A program made the translations under genes and the position numbers. The notes under the pieces are model-generated. The model did no database searches, was not told the origin of the DNA, and worked only from the letters and a program-made list of their open reading frames with translations. Positions 34,701 through 48,399 of a stretch of DNA of 64,000 bases are shown one piece after another. The stretch covers positions 28,160,821 through 28,224,820 of the forward strand of contig NC_057720.1 of assembly GCF_004010195.1 (NCBI RefSeq), written 5' to 3'. How positions within the stretch are numbered: the stretch's first letter is position 1; the number at the start of each line of letters is the position of its first letter. Source of the stretch: Chiloscyllium plagiosum (taxonomy: Eukaryota).

Positions 34701-36499
34701 ATTATACTAGAGACCATTTCCGAGATGAGAAAATGGTTCAGTAATTTATTGATGGGCAGTTCAGTTTTGAGTTAGCTGGTATGAAATGTGCAACAACAGT
34801 CCAAGTTGATTCAGTTTACATTATATTACCATATAACAATGGTTGTGATGTAACACCAGTGATACTTCCAAAATGCACTAGAATTGGTGTAAATAGTGTT
34901 AAGAAGCAAGCTATAAGATGAGACCAGGCAGGTAGGGGTGAAAAAGACAAATCTGGGAGGGGGGGAGGGGGGGGGGGGTGCAGGGGGCATTCAGGGATTA
35001 GGGTTAGGGTAGGGAAAGTCAGTAATGTTGGGTGGGAAGAGGGACTAGGTATGAGAGTAGAAGTGCTTGGAGAGAAAGATCATCTGAACAGGCATACCAC
35101 AGTATAAGAAGTTTGGCAAGTGATGTCAAAATGGAACACTCAATTTTCAGAGGTTATACTAACTGTCTTATTGATGACATTAAACTGAAACAACTATTCA
35201 ACAATATGCCAGTGAGCAATTTGAAAAGGGTTCCTATCAACAACAGTAATGACTTGAATTTATATAATGTCTATAACAGGGGCAGAAGAAAGAATATTTG
35301 ATACTGAATTAAGAAGAGGCCAGAGTACCCAATGTCAATGTGAAAGTACAATTCAAACAATTTTAAAAACTTGCAATGCTTGTAACCACATTATTTAGAA
35401 TATATATAATGACATAACTGTTGGGAGAGTTTTACATTTTCGTCGAGCAGTGTATCCTATTTACGGAAACATGCATGGTTTGCATGAGTGGAGTTGCATT
35501 TATTGTTGTACTCAGTTGGTATTAACTTAGAAATAAACTTAAACATACCCTTATCTGATAACTGTTTTCAGTTAATTACATGGAGCTGTAAATTCTGCTT
35601 AAAGGTCCCAAGTAACAGGGATTTTTTTTCTGTATTTGATTAAAACTGTCAAGCTAAATGACCAATGCATCTCTGCTGAACAGAACATGACAATCTAAAT
35701 ATGAACACCTCATGAATGGCAATACTAAAACTTACTTCAATGATAGAACTCAGTTTTTCATGTTAAATGAAGGTTACAATTATTGTCATACCACCCTACC
35801 AGTCTTTCTTCTCAAGATGGTAGGCTTATTATACATAGTGTCCCATTTCTCTTCAGTACTAATTAAAACCTATCCTGATGTATTTTTATTTGGCTTGGGA
35901 TCTATATTTGGCTTTGTTTGAGCACTCCTGTGAAGCACATTGGAATGTATTACTATGCCAAAGACACTTAATTTATCGAGGAGAGCATTTTTCTATCAGA
36001 GGCTTAATATGCTGTGTTGGCGCAGTTTAGTTAGTTGATTAGTTACTTAGTTTAGTTGATTATTGTTTAGTTTTTTTTAGATTTTGAGTTTCTTATTTTT
36101 TTGGATATCTACATTGCAAATCAGTGTATTTTGCATATCTATCTCATCCCTTTTACAGATTATCTAAATCTGCATTACTGTTTAGAAAATCATGTGTTGT
36201 TATACTTATCTATTTGCATGCTCCTACTGTCTAATATTAAGGAAGAACTCCCATGCCAGTTGAACCTGTTGGATATAAATCACAATTTCAGAAGTTTTAA
36301 ATGTAAATAAACTTATATTTTAAGATGATCTAGAAAATACTGGAATATTTTAGACTATTTGGACATTCTTTGATATATTGGTCTAGTTAGATATTCTTTT
36401 TATTGTGGTTTCTTGGAATCTGAAACTAACAGTTTGCTGTAAGCCACCTGCTGATTTTTACCAGAAATCAAGCGATGTTGGAGGAGCTGCTAATCAAAT

Positions 36500-36830
36500 C
36501 TTTCAAGGAGATAAGAAATAGGGTTTATTGCTCTAGTTACTGGGATAAAGATAGATTTTTAGAGGTCTTGTGTCCTATGCTAATAGTCACCTAGCATCCC
36601 TCTCTGGTCCTAAAGTTCAGTTTTGTAAACCAAGAAGTCCTCTGTCTTGTTCATGTGCAACAGTGATTTCGGCTGGCGCTCAAATTTGGAAACCTGGAGC
36701 TCAGGCCTGTGCAGCCAGTGATACTGTCTGCTGATTCATTTTCCTATGAAACTTGGTATGTCCATGCCTTCACACATATCACAAGATGTACATTCCACTT
36801 GGCTCTTCTGACCTGCCATCCTGTAATTTT
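36500..36830 (-). mobile_element. CR1 ORF1 N-terminal relic
   Basis: MAGQKSQVECTSCDMCE resembles the CxxCxM zinc-finger start of CR1 ORF1. Confidence 0.5.
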
Positions 36831-37254
36831 GAAAGCTGTTTGTTACCTTCAGCATAATTATGAACTTATTATGAAAATTTAGTGTGCCATTTCTCAAAAA
36901 AGGAGGAAAAAATCTAGACACTAACTAATTATTCTACTTTCACTTTATCTCTTCATCTTCTTCCTGGTACCTCACATTCACTCTATTTCTGCTACTGCAC
37001 ACACCTCCCACCAAGATTCATGCTCTATCACTTTGACTATTGCATGCAATGGCTTTCCTCACCCATTCTCTTCCACACTACTAGTCCTGCATGGCCTATG
37101 CTGCCTGCTCACTCACTCAGGACACCTCACAATCTTCCTTCAACATGTGCCAGCATTTATAGCTGTACAATCCACTTTCATTTCATCCATTCATTCCCTT
37201 TCTCTCATTCTAGGAATAAGCTGCCCAGAAGAGGGCAGAAAAGGCCAAGACATG

Positions 37255-37610
37255 TGATAAGACCATAAAGAAATGGGATTATTGCTGATTTGACGCTCTT
37301 TACATCCACTTGCCTGCCCTTTCATGATGGTCATTGTTTCTCCTACTGATCAAGAATCTATCCATCTCAACACAAGGACTCTATCCCCACAGTTCTCTGT
37401 AACAAGGAGTTCCAAAGAGATTCAACCCTCTGAGTGAAGAAATTCCTCCTCATCTCATTGTTAAAATGACACCATTTAATTCTGACACTATGTCCTTTTG
37501 GTCTCTCAAGCCCCTTGAGAATCCTATATGTCTGAATGTGACCACCTCTTATTCTTTAAATATTTAATGAGTAGAGTCCCAAACCGTTAAATCTTTGGTC
37601 ATAAGACAAT
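37255..37610 (-). mobile_element. CR1-like 3' end
   Basis: Matches 18160-18440 (…AACCCTCTGAGTGAAGAA…). Confidence 0.75.
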
Positions 37611-37611
37611 G

Positions 37612-40600
37612 AGATAACAGCTGCAGAAAGGGAGGTCGTAGAGGTTTGTCTACTGAGTCATTTTGGGTCAAAGTCAGAAACAGGAAGGGAGCAATCATTT
37701 TATTGGGAGTTTTCTTTTGACCCCCCAATAGGAACAGAGGAGCAGATTGGGAGACAGATTTTGGAAAGGTGCAGAAGTAATAGGGTTGTTGACATGGGTG
37801 ACTTCAACTTCCCTAATATTCATTGGAACCTCCTCAGAGCAAATAGTTTGGATCGAGCAGACTTTGGCAGGTGTGTCTAGGAAGGATTCCGGACTCAATA
37901 TGTAGATAGGCCAACTAGAAGGGAGGCTATATTGGATTTGGCACTTGACATCGACCAGGTCAGATGTCAGATCTCCTGGTGAGAGAGCATTTTGGTGATA
38001 GTAATCACAACTCTCTCACCTTTACTATAATTTTGAAGAGGGATAGGAGCAGACAATATGGGAAAGTATTTACAGAGGAACCTCCATTCTCCGAACGAGA
38101 TGGGTGGGGCACTATTTCGTTTGGATAATTGATTATTTGGATAATTGATTATTTGGATAATTGATTTCCTCTGGGGCTGAGAGTTTTCTGTGAAGTCTGC
38201 TTCCCGTTTAGGAGACTAGGCAGCATCACACAGCGCGCGAGCCACCCACCCCCACTCCCACCCTTCCCCATCCCCGTCCGCTCCCCCATCTCCGTCTGCC
38301 TCACCCTGCTGGCCTCCCAACCCCATTTGCTCCCACACACCCCCCAACCATCCACTCCCACCTCATCCCCTGCCCGACCCCAACTCAGTCCATGCCCCCC
38401 AACCCACCCCCACCAACCCTAACCTCCAACCCCACAAACCTGTCCACCCCCACCCACTGCCCGACCCTGTCCTTGCCCCCACCTCCTCCATATCTGCCCT
38501 CACCCTTCTGGGGCAGCCAGACTGGCCAGTAACAGTAGGACTAATGCTGCCTTCTGTGGGGGCGTGAGGGGAGGGGAGCGCGGGTTGGGGAGGTGAGTCT
38601 CCAAATAACGCATGCGCGCGCACACACACGTGCACACAACTTTTTACTGCAGTGTTTTGACAGGATCCACTGCTGTGGAGAGATTATCTGGGGAAGGGGG
38701 GTTTAGGGTTCACCCCTGTGTAGAACTCCAGGGCAAGTGTGGGGGCACGCAGTGAGGACGGGCGGTCAGTCATATAGAGATGGTACCTGAACTGGTTTTG
38801 GCAGCGTTTCAGTGGGCCGAGTTCATTTTTAATCATTATGCCTGTAAAGCAAAGATGCAATCAGAGTTGAAACAGCTCTTTGACGTAATATTTCTATCGG
38901 GACCTTGAGATCCCCTTCGGATAATCTGAAATTTGGATAATTGATGTTCGGATAATTGAGGTTCCTCTGTAATTAGAGGAGGGTGAATTACAATGCTATT
39001 AGGCAGGAACTGTGGAGCATAAATCAGGAACAGATATTCTCAGGGAAATGCACGATAGAAATATGGAGTTTGTTTAGGGAGCACGCTGCGAGTGCTGGAT
39101 AGGTTTGTCCCACTGAAGCAAGGAAGGGATTGTAGAATAAAGGAACCTAGGATTACAAGAGATGTGGAACATTTAGTCAGAAGGAAGACAGAAGCTTACT
39201 TAAGGTTGAGGATGCAAGGTTCAGACAGGGCTCTGCAGGGTTATAAGGTAGCCAGGAAGGAACTGAAGAATGGAGAGATAGAAGGGGGCATGAAAAAGCC
39301 TTGGTAGTTATGATTAAGGAAAGCCCCAAGGTATTCTACACTTATGTGAGGAACAAGAGCATGGTCAGAGTGAGGGTAGAACTGATCAGGGATAGTGGAG
39401 AGAACTTGCGCCTGGAGTCGGAGGAAGTAGGAGTATTCATTAGTGAGGGGGACTTGGTTGTTTGTGAGGACAGTGTGAAACAGGCTGATACGCTTGACAG
39501 GTTGATGTTAAGAAGGAAGATGTGCTGGAAATCTTGGAAAAACAGGATAGATAAGTCCCCTGGGCCAGACAGGATATACCCAAGGCTACTATAGGAAGCG
39601 AGGGAAGAGATTGCTGCACCTTTGGTGATGATCTTTGTGTCCTTATTGTCTGCTGAAGATGATTGGAGGGTGGCAAATGTTACTGCCTTGTTCAAGAAAG
39701 GGAATAGAGATAACTATGTAAATTACAGACTAGTCAGTCTTATGTTGGTGGTGGGCAAATTATTGGAGAGGATTCTGAGAGGATTTATGATTATGTGTAA
39801 AAGCATAACTTGATTACAGAGAGTCAGCATGGCTTTGTGAGGGGCAGGTCGTGCCTCACAAACCTTATTGAATTCTTTGAGGAAGTGACAAAACACATCA
39901 ATGAAGGTAGAGCAGCGGATGTGGTGTACATAGATTTTAGCAAGTTGTTTGATAAAGTTCCCCATGATAGGCTCCTTCAGAAAGTAAGGAGGCATGTGAT
40001 ACAGGGAAATTTGGCTGCCTGGATCCAGAATTGGCTGGCCCATAGAAGACACAGGATGCTAGTGGATGGAAAGTATTCAGTCTGAAGCTCGATGACCAGT
40101 GGTATTCCACAGGGATCTGTTCAGGGGCCTCTGCTCTTTGTGATTTTTATAAATGACTTGGATGAGGAAGTGGAAGTATGGATTAGTAAGTTTGCCAATG
40201 ACATGAAGATTAATCAAGTTGTGGATAATGTGGAGGGCTGTTGCAACGGGACATTGACAGAATGCAGAGCTGGGCTGAGAAGTGGCAGATGGAGTTCAAC
40301 CTAGAAAAGTGTGAAGTGATTCATTTTGGAAGGTCGAATTTGAATGCAGATTACAGGGTTAAAGGCAGAATACTTGGCAGTGTGGACAAACAGAGGGATC
40401 TTGGGGTCAACATTCATAGATCCTTCACAGTTGCCACCCAAGTTGATAAGATTGACATGGTGCATGGTGTGTTGGCTTTCATTAGCAGAGGGATTGAATT
40501 TAAGAGCCGCGAGGCTATACTGCAGCTCTATAAAGCCCTGGTTAGACCACACTTGGAATACTGTGTTCAGTTCTGGTCGCCTCATTATAGGAAGGATGCA

Positions 40601-41050
40601 GAGAAGATTTCTCAGGATGCTGCCTGGACTGGAGGGTATGTTTTATGAAGAAAGGTTGAGGGAGCTAGGGTTTTTCTCATTGGAGTGAAGAATGATGAGA
40701 GGTGACTTGGTAGAGATGTAGAAGATGATGAGAGGCATAGATGGAATGGATAGCCAGAGACTTTTTCCCAGGGTGGAAATGGCTATCTTGAGGCATAATT
40801 TTAGGGTGATCGGAGGAAAGTTTAAGGGAGATGTCAGAGGTACGTTCTTTACACAGAGAGTGGGGGTGCATGGAATGCACTGTCAGCAGTGGCAGTAGAG
40901 TCAGATACATAGGGACATTTAAGTGACTCTTGATAGGCACATGGATGACCGTAAAATGAAGGGTACATAGGTTTGTTTGATAATAGAGTAGGATGAAAGG
41001 TCGGCACAACATCGAGAGCCGAAGGGCCTGTACTATACTGTTCTATGTTC
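37612..41050 (+). mobile_element. Long decayed CR1/HER1-like LINE ORF2 (endonuclease, RT, tail), split by a MITE
   Basis: MGDFNFPNIHW, PTRREAILDL, KSPGPDRIYPRLL, SQHGFVRGRSCLTNL, GIPQGSVQGPLLF, RPHLEYCVQFWSP. Confidence 0.9.
38073..38969. mobile_element. pogo/Tigger-like non-autonomous DNA transposon (897 bp) with TA TSD
   Basis: TA-CAGAGGAACCTC … GAGGTTCCTCTG-TA: perfect 12-bp TIR core with GGATAAT subterminal repeats at both ends. The host CR1 is contiguous across it. Confidence 0.9.
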
Positions 41051-41054
41051 TTTG

Positions 41055-43360
41055 TTAATCCCTCCATACTAGGGCTCATCCTCGTGAACCTTGTTTAAAT
41101 TGCCTCATATGAATTAATATCCTTTCTTAAGTGGACCAAAAACTGCTCTCAGTACTCCAGATGTGATCTGACGAGCACCTTATAAAGTTATTGCGAGTCT
41201 TTTCTACTCTTCTATTCCCTTTGAAATAAAAGCCAATGTGCCATTAGCTTCCCTGGTTACCAGCTTCACCTGTGTGCTAGCTTTCAGTGTTTCATGTACA
41301 CAAGTACCCCCAAGTCCCTTTGCATTGCAGCTTTCTGCAGATTTTCTTCATTAATTAATACTGTTGCTTTGTTCTTCCAAATTGAATAATAATGTTCAAA
41401 GCCATTTTAAAAAGTCACTACAATAGACTTCACCACAACACGGCTATTTTATTTCAGAATGCATATCTTAAAAAGAGACAGATCCCTCTTAAGTTCAGTT
41501 AAGTTGTATCACAGTAAGAGCCCTTACTTGCCATGATCCCAGTTGATGTTACTACTGGACAATTCAAATATTTGAATAAAATCTGGCTTGATAATTCACA
41601 TTTTTTAAAAAAAGTAATGGTCTTTCACTGAAGCATAAGTGTACATGATGATTTGATTTGAACAAGAAAATAGATACTTAATTACACAAAAGAGGAAGAA
41701 AATGTAAAACAATCCGAAATATTAAGTATTGTACAGTTTGAAAAATTTCAAAAAACGCAGACAACAAAATCATCCATCTGTTCTTGGATTCTGAAGAAGT
41801 ACCAGAGGATAAGAAAGCTGTCAATGAGACACCCCTATCCACAAAGGGTGGGAGGTAAAATGTGGTAACACTAGACCAATTACCCTCTCATGTATTATTT
41901 GAAAAATATTGGAATCAATTATTAAGGAAGGAATAACAGCACATTTGGAAAATCATAACCTAATTATGCAGAGTCAGCATGGCTTCATGAAGAAATCATG
42001 TCTTAGTAGTTTATCAGATTTTTGAGGCTGTCTGAACCAGAATGGATGGAGGGGAACTAGTAAACATATTTGGACTTCCAGAAAACATGCAATAAGTACC
42101 TCACAAAAAATTTAGTCTTAAGAACCTATGGTGTAGGCAGTGATATATTGGAATGGGTAGAGGATTGGATGATGGGTAAGAAACAGTGAGAACAGGGGTT
42201 CTTTTCCAGGTTGGCAACCGGTAACCAATGGAGTTGCATAGGGACCAGTGCTGGGACTGCAACTGTTTATAGTTAATAATTTGGAAGAAGTAAGTGAACA
42301 TGTTGTTTACAGATGACATAAAAAGAGGTGGAAAAACAAGTTGCGACAGAGATTACAGAGAGATATTGATAGGTTAAATCAGTAGGCAAAAAAATGGCAA
42401 ATGGAGTAAAATGTGAAGCCATCAAATCTTGTTATGCATGGGAAGTATACAAGAAATAAACTTTTGCTATTCCCAGAGTCATCAGAAAATGATGAGGGTG
42501 CCCAGCACATCAATGCAACACACAAGTCTGAAGAACTTATGTCCACCTTCAGCTAGAAGCACTGAATGAATGATCTAATTTGGCCTCCTCCTGAGGTCCT
42601 CAGCATCACAAATGCCAGTTTTCAGCCAATTTGACTCTCTCCACATGATACCAAGAAATAACTGAAGACACTGGATATTACAAATTTCTACTATTGTACA
42701 AAATGCAGGACAAATTTAACTTGGCCGGCTATCACCCTGTATTTATTCTTAATGATCAGCAATGTGTTGGAAGCTATCACTGACACACTTAAAAACTAAT
42801 AACTTGCTCACTATGGCTCAGTTTCAGTTTTAGCTCTTCACCCTATTTACAGCCTTGATATAAACTTGGACCAAATAGCTGAAGTCCAGAGTTGAGGTGA
42901 GAATGTCTGTTTTGACATCAAAGCAACATTTAATTGAGTATATGGTTACAAGAAGTCCTAGCAAAATGAAGTCAGTGGAAATCAGGGGACACTCTGCTGG
43001 TTGAAGTCATACTGAGCATGAAGGGAGGTAATTTTAGTTGTTTGAGGTCAATCATCTCAGTCCAAGGATGCCACTGAGGGTGTTCTTTAGTTAACATCCC
43101 AGGCCCAACAATTTTCAGCTGCTTGATCAATGAGCTTCCCTTCATCAAATTTGATCAAAACCAGAAGTGTTGATGGGAATAATGCATTTGATATTGTCTA
43201 TATGGACTTCAGCAAACGTTTGATAATGTCACTCATGGCAGACTATTCAAGAAAGTAAAAGCCCAGTAATATGGCATGTTGGATGCAAAATGTGACTGAG
43301 AGGGAGGAAGCAGAGAGTGATGTTAGAGTGAAGTTTCTGTGATTGGAAGTCTTTCCAGTT
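41055..43360. mobile_element. Mosaic of old fragments: CR1 (-, 41055-41390), LTR-like (41400-41800), CR1 (+, 41830-42420), Zenon-like RT (+, 42440-43145), CR1 (+, 43165-43360)
   Basis: SQHGFMKKSC, GVA*GPVLG, FDIKATF and YMDFSK remnants. Confidence 0.65.
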
Positions 43361-43899
43361 GGAACTCCCTCACTGTTTCTGTTCCTACACTATTCCTCCA
43401 CTATTCCTACCACCTGACATTTATCTCCCTGGTAAAATTTGATAAACTGCAATGTCCATATTCTAAAAAGTGAAATCCAAGTTAGTTGGAATCGGATGAC
43501 AAACTGGACATTTGTCATCAATCTCCAGCTGTCATCAATTTAGCTTTGTTTACAAGAAAGTCAATGTACATGAGAACTCTTCACGTTTTGTCCTTTGTTT
43601 CTTGATCCTTGGCTCACAGGAATTTTATTTTATATCTTTTTGCCCTTTTCTGTAAAACTCATTTCTGCAGAAACTTGGTTTGGTTGAATGAGTGTGATTG
43701 CGTGTGTGTGTGTACAATTAATTTACACCATAGCTTGGATGATACTTGCTTTTGCTCATAATTTTTGTTCATAATAAATAGATTATATTCAGTTCATTAA
43801 TTAAGCTTGATGGATGTTTCTTTTATTTTGTGTAGCAGTACAAAAGTGATGAAATTGATTAATTTGGTCATTGAAAGTACCAGATCTCTTTAAAGAATT

Positions 43900-46895
43900 T
43901 GTGGATAAGGTTTACTTGTGCACCAGGAGGAGTAGGTAAAGAAATTAAAATTTTAAGGGATACAGGCGCAAGTTAATCTTTGGTGAAAGATGAGGAAGTA
44001 TATACTTTGGAAGCAGTATTGCCAGAAAAGGTAGCAATATGGGGAATTCATGACAAGAAGAGTAAGTGTTCCCTTGTATAAGGTGAGGTTTGAGAGTCCA
44101 GTGAAATGTGGAGAGGTAGTAAGTAACAGAGAAGCTCTTTGTGCTGAAGATACAGTTTATCTTTGAGAATGATATAACTGGATCACAGATAAGAGTCATA
44201 CCTACTGTGGTTGAAGAGCCAGTGGAAAATCAGGCAACTGAGATGTTATAGGAATTGTATATGGGGATTTTTCTGGCTGTCTGGTAACAAGATCACAAAA
44301 CAACAACTGGAGAAACCATAGAATAAGGATAAGGAGTGTGATTTCAATTGTCAGAAACTATGTTTAATCAAATTGTTGAGGGAAAAAACAAGAACAGATG
44401 GAGGACAAAGTTGATAATTTTAGTTTAGAGAGGTTAGTTGAATTACAACAAAATGATGAAAAAATAAAACAGTTGTATCAAAAACTATACACAGAAGAAG
44501 AATCTGAGTGTATCCCAGAATGTTAGATTCTTAAAAATAAAGTCTTGATGAGGAAATGGAGACCATCACGTATTCAGGCAGATAAAAAATGGGCAGACAT
44601 TCATCAAGTTGTATTACTGTGAGTAACAGAAAAGAGATGTTGCGGGTATCACGAGGTATGAGTACGAGGTTATTTGGGAGTAAGGAAAACTCAAGCCTAA
44701 CTATAGAAATGTTTTCATTGGCATGGACTGCATAGAGGAGAAAGTGAGGACTGCAGATGCTGGAGATCAGAGCTGAAAATGTGTTGCTGGAAAAGCGCAG
44801 CATAGAGGTATGGTTGAATTTTGCCAGACATGTCACATATGTCAGATTACAGGGAAACCTCAGGCAGTGATAAAACTAGCTTCGTTAATTGCAACATTTG
44901 AGGAACCTTTCACAAAAGTCTTGATTGATTCTAAAACAAAAAGTGGGAATCAACATTCATTGACCACAATCGATGTGTCAAACTAGATTTTGTGGCCATT
45001 CCATTATGCAATATCACAGCTAAAAGGTTTATAGAAGAGTTATTGAAACCTTTTACTAGATACAGAATACCCACAGAAATACAATTATTCAAGGAAGTAG
45101 TGGATAGCTTAGGAATAAAACAATTCAAATCCACTGTGTTTCATCCAAAATCGCAGGGAATTGCAATTAGAATGGTGGCATCTTTGAAGACCGTGTTGAG
45201 GGCTTATAGTTATGATTGGGGTAAAGAAATTCCATTTGTACATTTTTCCATTAAGATTGTACCTAATAAACTAAATTCAATCCATTTGAATAAGTTTTCG
45301 GACATGATGTGAGAAAACCACTGAAATTAAATAAGGAGAAATTGGTGAGTTCAGAGTTCAGAGACGACATGTGTCAAAATTTAGGGAGAGATTACAGTGG
45401 GCGAGTTAGCTAGACAGTATTTGAAGATAGCACAGCATGCGATAAAACAGGAAGTAAACGAGAAATCAAAAGTTTGTAGTTTTGCTAGAAAGATAAAGTG
45501 TTAGTATTACTACCAGTGGTGGGTAAACCTTTAAAAGCAAGGATTAATGGGTTTTATCAAATCTAAAGGAAACTAAGTGAATTGAATTATTTGATAAGAA
45601 TGCCAAGTACAAGGAAATCTCGCAGAATGTGGCATGTGAATATGCTCAAATAGTTATTGATAGGGAAGGAAAGCAAAAGGAGAATGTGGCGATATATACA
45701 ACTTGGAGTGAAGAACCAAGTCCAGATAAATTTGAATTTGATATTCATCAAATCTTACAGAACAATGAGGAAGTTCTGGGATAAATTTATCAAGTTAGCT
45801 TCCAGAAGAAAATTTAAATGACCTAATAAGTTATTATTATCGCATGGAGAGATATGTGGGATTAAGCTGGGAAATACTGAACTGATTATTCCTGATATAG
45901 ATATAGGAAATGCTGTTCCAATTAAGCACTGTCCCTATAGACTTAACCTTCTAAAATTGGCACAGGTTCAAAATGAGATTGAAAGCATGCTCAAAAACAA
46001 TATAATTAAACTGATATGCATCGAATGGAGCTCACCCATAGTGATGGTGGCTAAACCAGATGGGAGCCAATGTTCAGTACTACAAAGATTAATATCCTAT
46101 TCTGTTTGGAAGAATGTATTGAGAAGGTGGGACATGTGACTTATATATCAAAGCTGGACTTGGTTGAAGCATACCATCAGGTACATTTATCCATGAGATG
46201 AAAGAAATTTTGGTTTTCATGATACTGAATGGACTTTACCAGTTAAAGTTATGCCATTTGCGATGAAACATGCATGAGCTACGCTTCAAAGACTAACTAA
46301 TAAAGGTTATTGGAGAGTTTCCCATCAGCATACGAAGAGGGAAATACTATGATTCCTATGAGTGAGTGTTTTTATCGGAATTTCATACCAAAGTTTAGCA
46401 GCGTGGTTGCTCCACTGACTGACTTGTTGATGAAGTGGAGAAAATTTCAGTGGATGGAGGAATATCAGAAGGCATTTGATAGCTTGAAAGCTGTGTTACC
46501 TACTGCCCCATTTTTAGCCACGCCTAATTGCACAAAACCATTTGAGATAACTATTGATGTGAGTGATGTGGGTGCCTGTGCTGTACTGTTGCAAGAAGAT
46601 AGAAAAACCTATTGGGTATTTTTCCAGAAAGTTGAATATTGATCAATATAAATATTCCAGAATTGAGAAGGAGACCTTGAGTTTGGTGTTGGCATTGTAA
46701 CATTTCAACATTTACATTGGCAGTAATGTGTCTGAGACAATTGTTGTGTGAACTTGTTAACATTTTTAGAAATATTTAAAGATAAAATTACCAAACAGTT
46801 TAAATGGAGTTTATTGTTATAGCCATTTAATGAGAAAATTATATGTGGCAGGATGACGTTATGTAATTGCTGACGTGTTGTCACAACTTTGATGA
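43900..46895 (+). mobile_element. Decayed Gypsy LTR retrotransposon pol with PR-IN-RT-RH order (Gmr1-like)
   Basis: Protease KILRDTGAS (about 43948-43975); integrase CQTCHICQITGKP, FTKVLID, HPKSQG (44820-45160); RT PIKHCPYRL, WSSPIVMVAKPDG, KVMPFAMK (45918-46270); RNase H IDVSDVGACAVLLQ, IEKETLSLVLAL (46550-46700). Confidence 0.85.
44739..44799 (-). mobile_element. 61-bp PLE tail insertion inside the Gypsy integrase
   Basis: GCATAGAGG duplicated at 44730-44738 and 44800-44808. Confidence 0.85.
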
Positions 46896-47083
46896 AAGAA
46901 TATAAAAGTCTTCAGTGGCAGAAGAATTGGACTGAAATGGACTACAGTATTGAATATTTGCATGCTTAGAGTCAATGTAATGTATACATATTATAGTGTG
47001 CTAACAGCGGAAGACTAAATACTTTTAATACTGAAGTCATTTTTGCATATTGGTTCATTTTTTAAGGCGGGGGGGGGGGGGAA

Positions 47084-47688
47084 ATGTAATTATACCATGT
47101 CATTAAGAAGTGTAATTTATCCTTTTTTGTATGAAGACAAGTTGAGAAAAAGGTGCCAGGCCATCTATTCCAAGCCAATAAAGTCAATAGCTTGTGAGGC
47201 CTTTTTTAAAAAAAAATTGGAACAATAGAAGCAGCATGAATGGGTGGAATCAGGCTCCCACAGAACCAGAGTTTTAGTTTAGCTTTCAGTAGTTGTTGGG
47301 ATTTTGAAGCTGCCATATATTTCTCCCGGCTACAGCAAAATGCTTGAATTCTTGCTGTCTACCAGAATTTTCTCTTGACGTTCTTTCCTCTTGGACTGAA
47401 GAAACATTGCATGTGAGACTATTTATTTTACTGAGTTTGTCTTCACAAAGGCTATGTTTGTGGAATGTTGCTATATTGGAACAGTTGCTGTTTTGTAGTT
47501 AAATAATCTAGCATTCTGTTAAGTTTTCCAGTGAAGATGAAGTTAGATTTTTTTGTGTTTTAACTGTAGAGTAATAACAAAGTGTGTTTTGCTTACACTA
47601 TCATTTGAACCACATCTGGAACATAGCACCTTACACTTGCCTTTAAATAAGAAAAAGTTAGGGCATAGGCTGATCTAATCTGTAATAC
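47084..47688 (+). mobile_element. 3' LTR of the Gmr1-like element, preceded by a polypurine tract
   Basis: AAGGC-G(13)-AAA immediately before TGTAAT. The 3' boundary is approximate. Confidence 0.6.
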
Positions 47689-47789
47689 TTGCTTGTGTTA
47701 TCTTTGTGATTATGACAGCACTTGATACCGTAACTTACTTTCCACCTGGAAGTTCCCTTTTAAGTCTCACAACATCTTGGCTTTTTAAA

Positions 47790-48050
47790 AAAATTCTTGC
47801 ATTGGATTTGAATGGCACTGGCAAGGCTGACATTTGTTGTTCCTAATGTTCCTATAATTGGCCATTTCAGAGAACAGTTGGGAATCAACCACATTGCTGT
47901 CTGCCAGAGGTAACAACAATAGTTATCCTTCCCTGAAAAGTATTAGTGAACTAGTGGGTTTTTACCACAATTAATAATGGTTGCATGGTCGCCTTTAGGC
48001 AATTTTAAATTCAAGATTTTACTGAATTCTAATTCACCATGTGCCAAGCT
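47790..48050 (-). mobile_element. Second head+tail SINE-like derivative of the Zenon-like LINE (old)
   Basis: Reverse complement is colinear with 26090-26228 plus 26863-26995. Confidence 0.6.
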
Positions 48051-48399
48051 GGATTAACTGTAGACACATTGGCGAAATTGTAATTTGACTCAACTCTGTG
48101 CTACTGAAAGGAATTCTTAATTCTGTGACATGAAAGGTGAGCTTTCATGGCCATGATGTTTTCCTCTTTTTAAAAGTCTCTATTTCATAGAATCAAAGTA
48201 AATGTCAGAATGGTTGTTCAAAGCAAAAGAAGAAACTGATTGATTGCACCTTATTTACACGTTACAGTAATGTCATTTCTGTTTTTGATGTTTGGCTGAA
48301 TATATCGTGTCTTCATATGTATGTCAGTAAGTAATTGTTTAACATAAGGCAGTAAAATAGTTTACTAGACTTCTGGAGACAACATTAGATTATGATGTA

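Noticed and set aside
35032..35301. 89-aa ORF in the TE-poor island
   Set aside because: GTG start, no splice support, and the 3' part overlaps a reverse L2/SINE tail relic.
38120..38166. Short direct-repeat array (CRISPR-like at a glance)
   Set aside because: Head-to-tail 15-mers with no spacers, inside a DNA transposon end, in a vertebrate genome.
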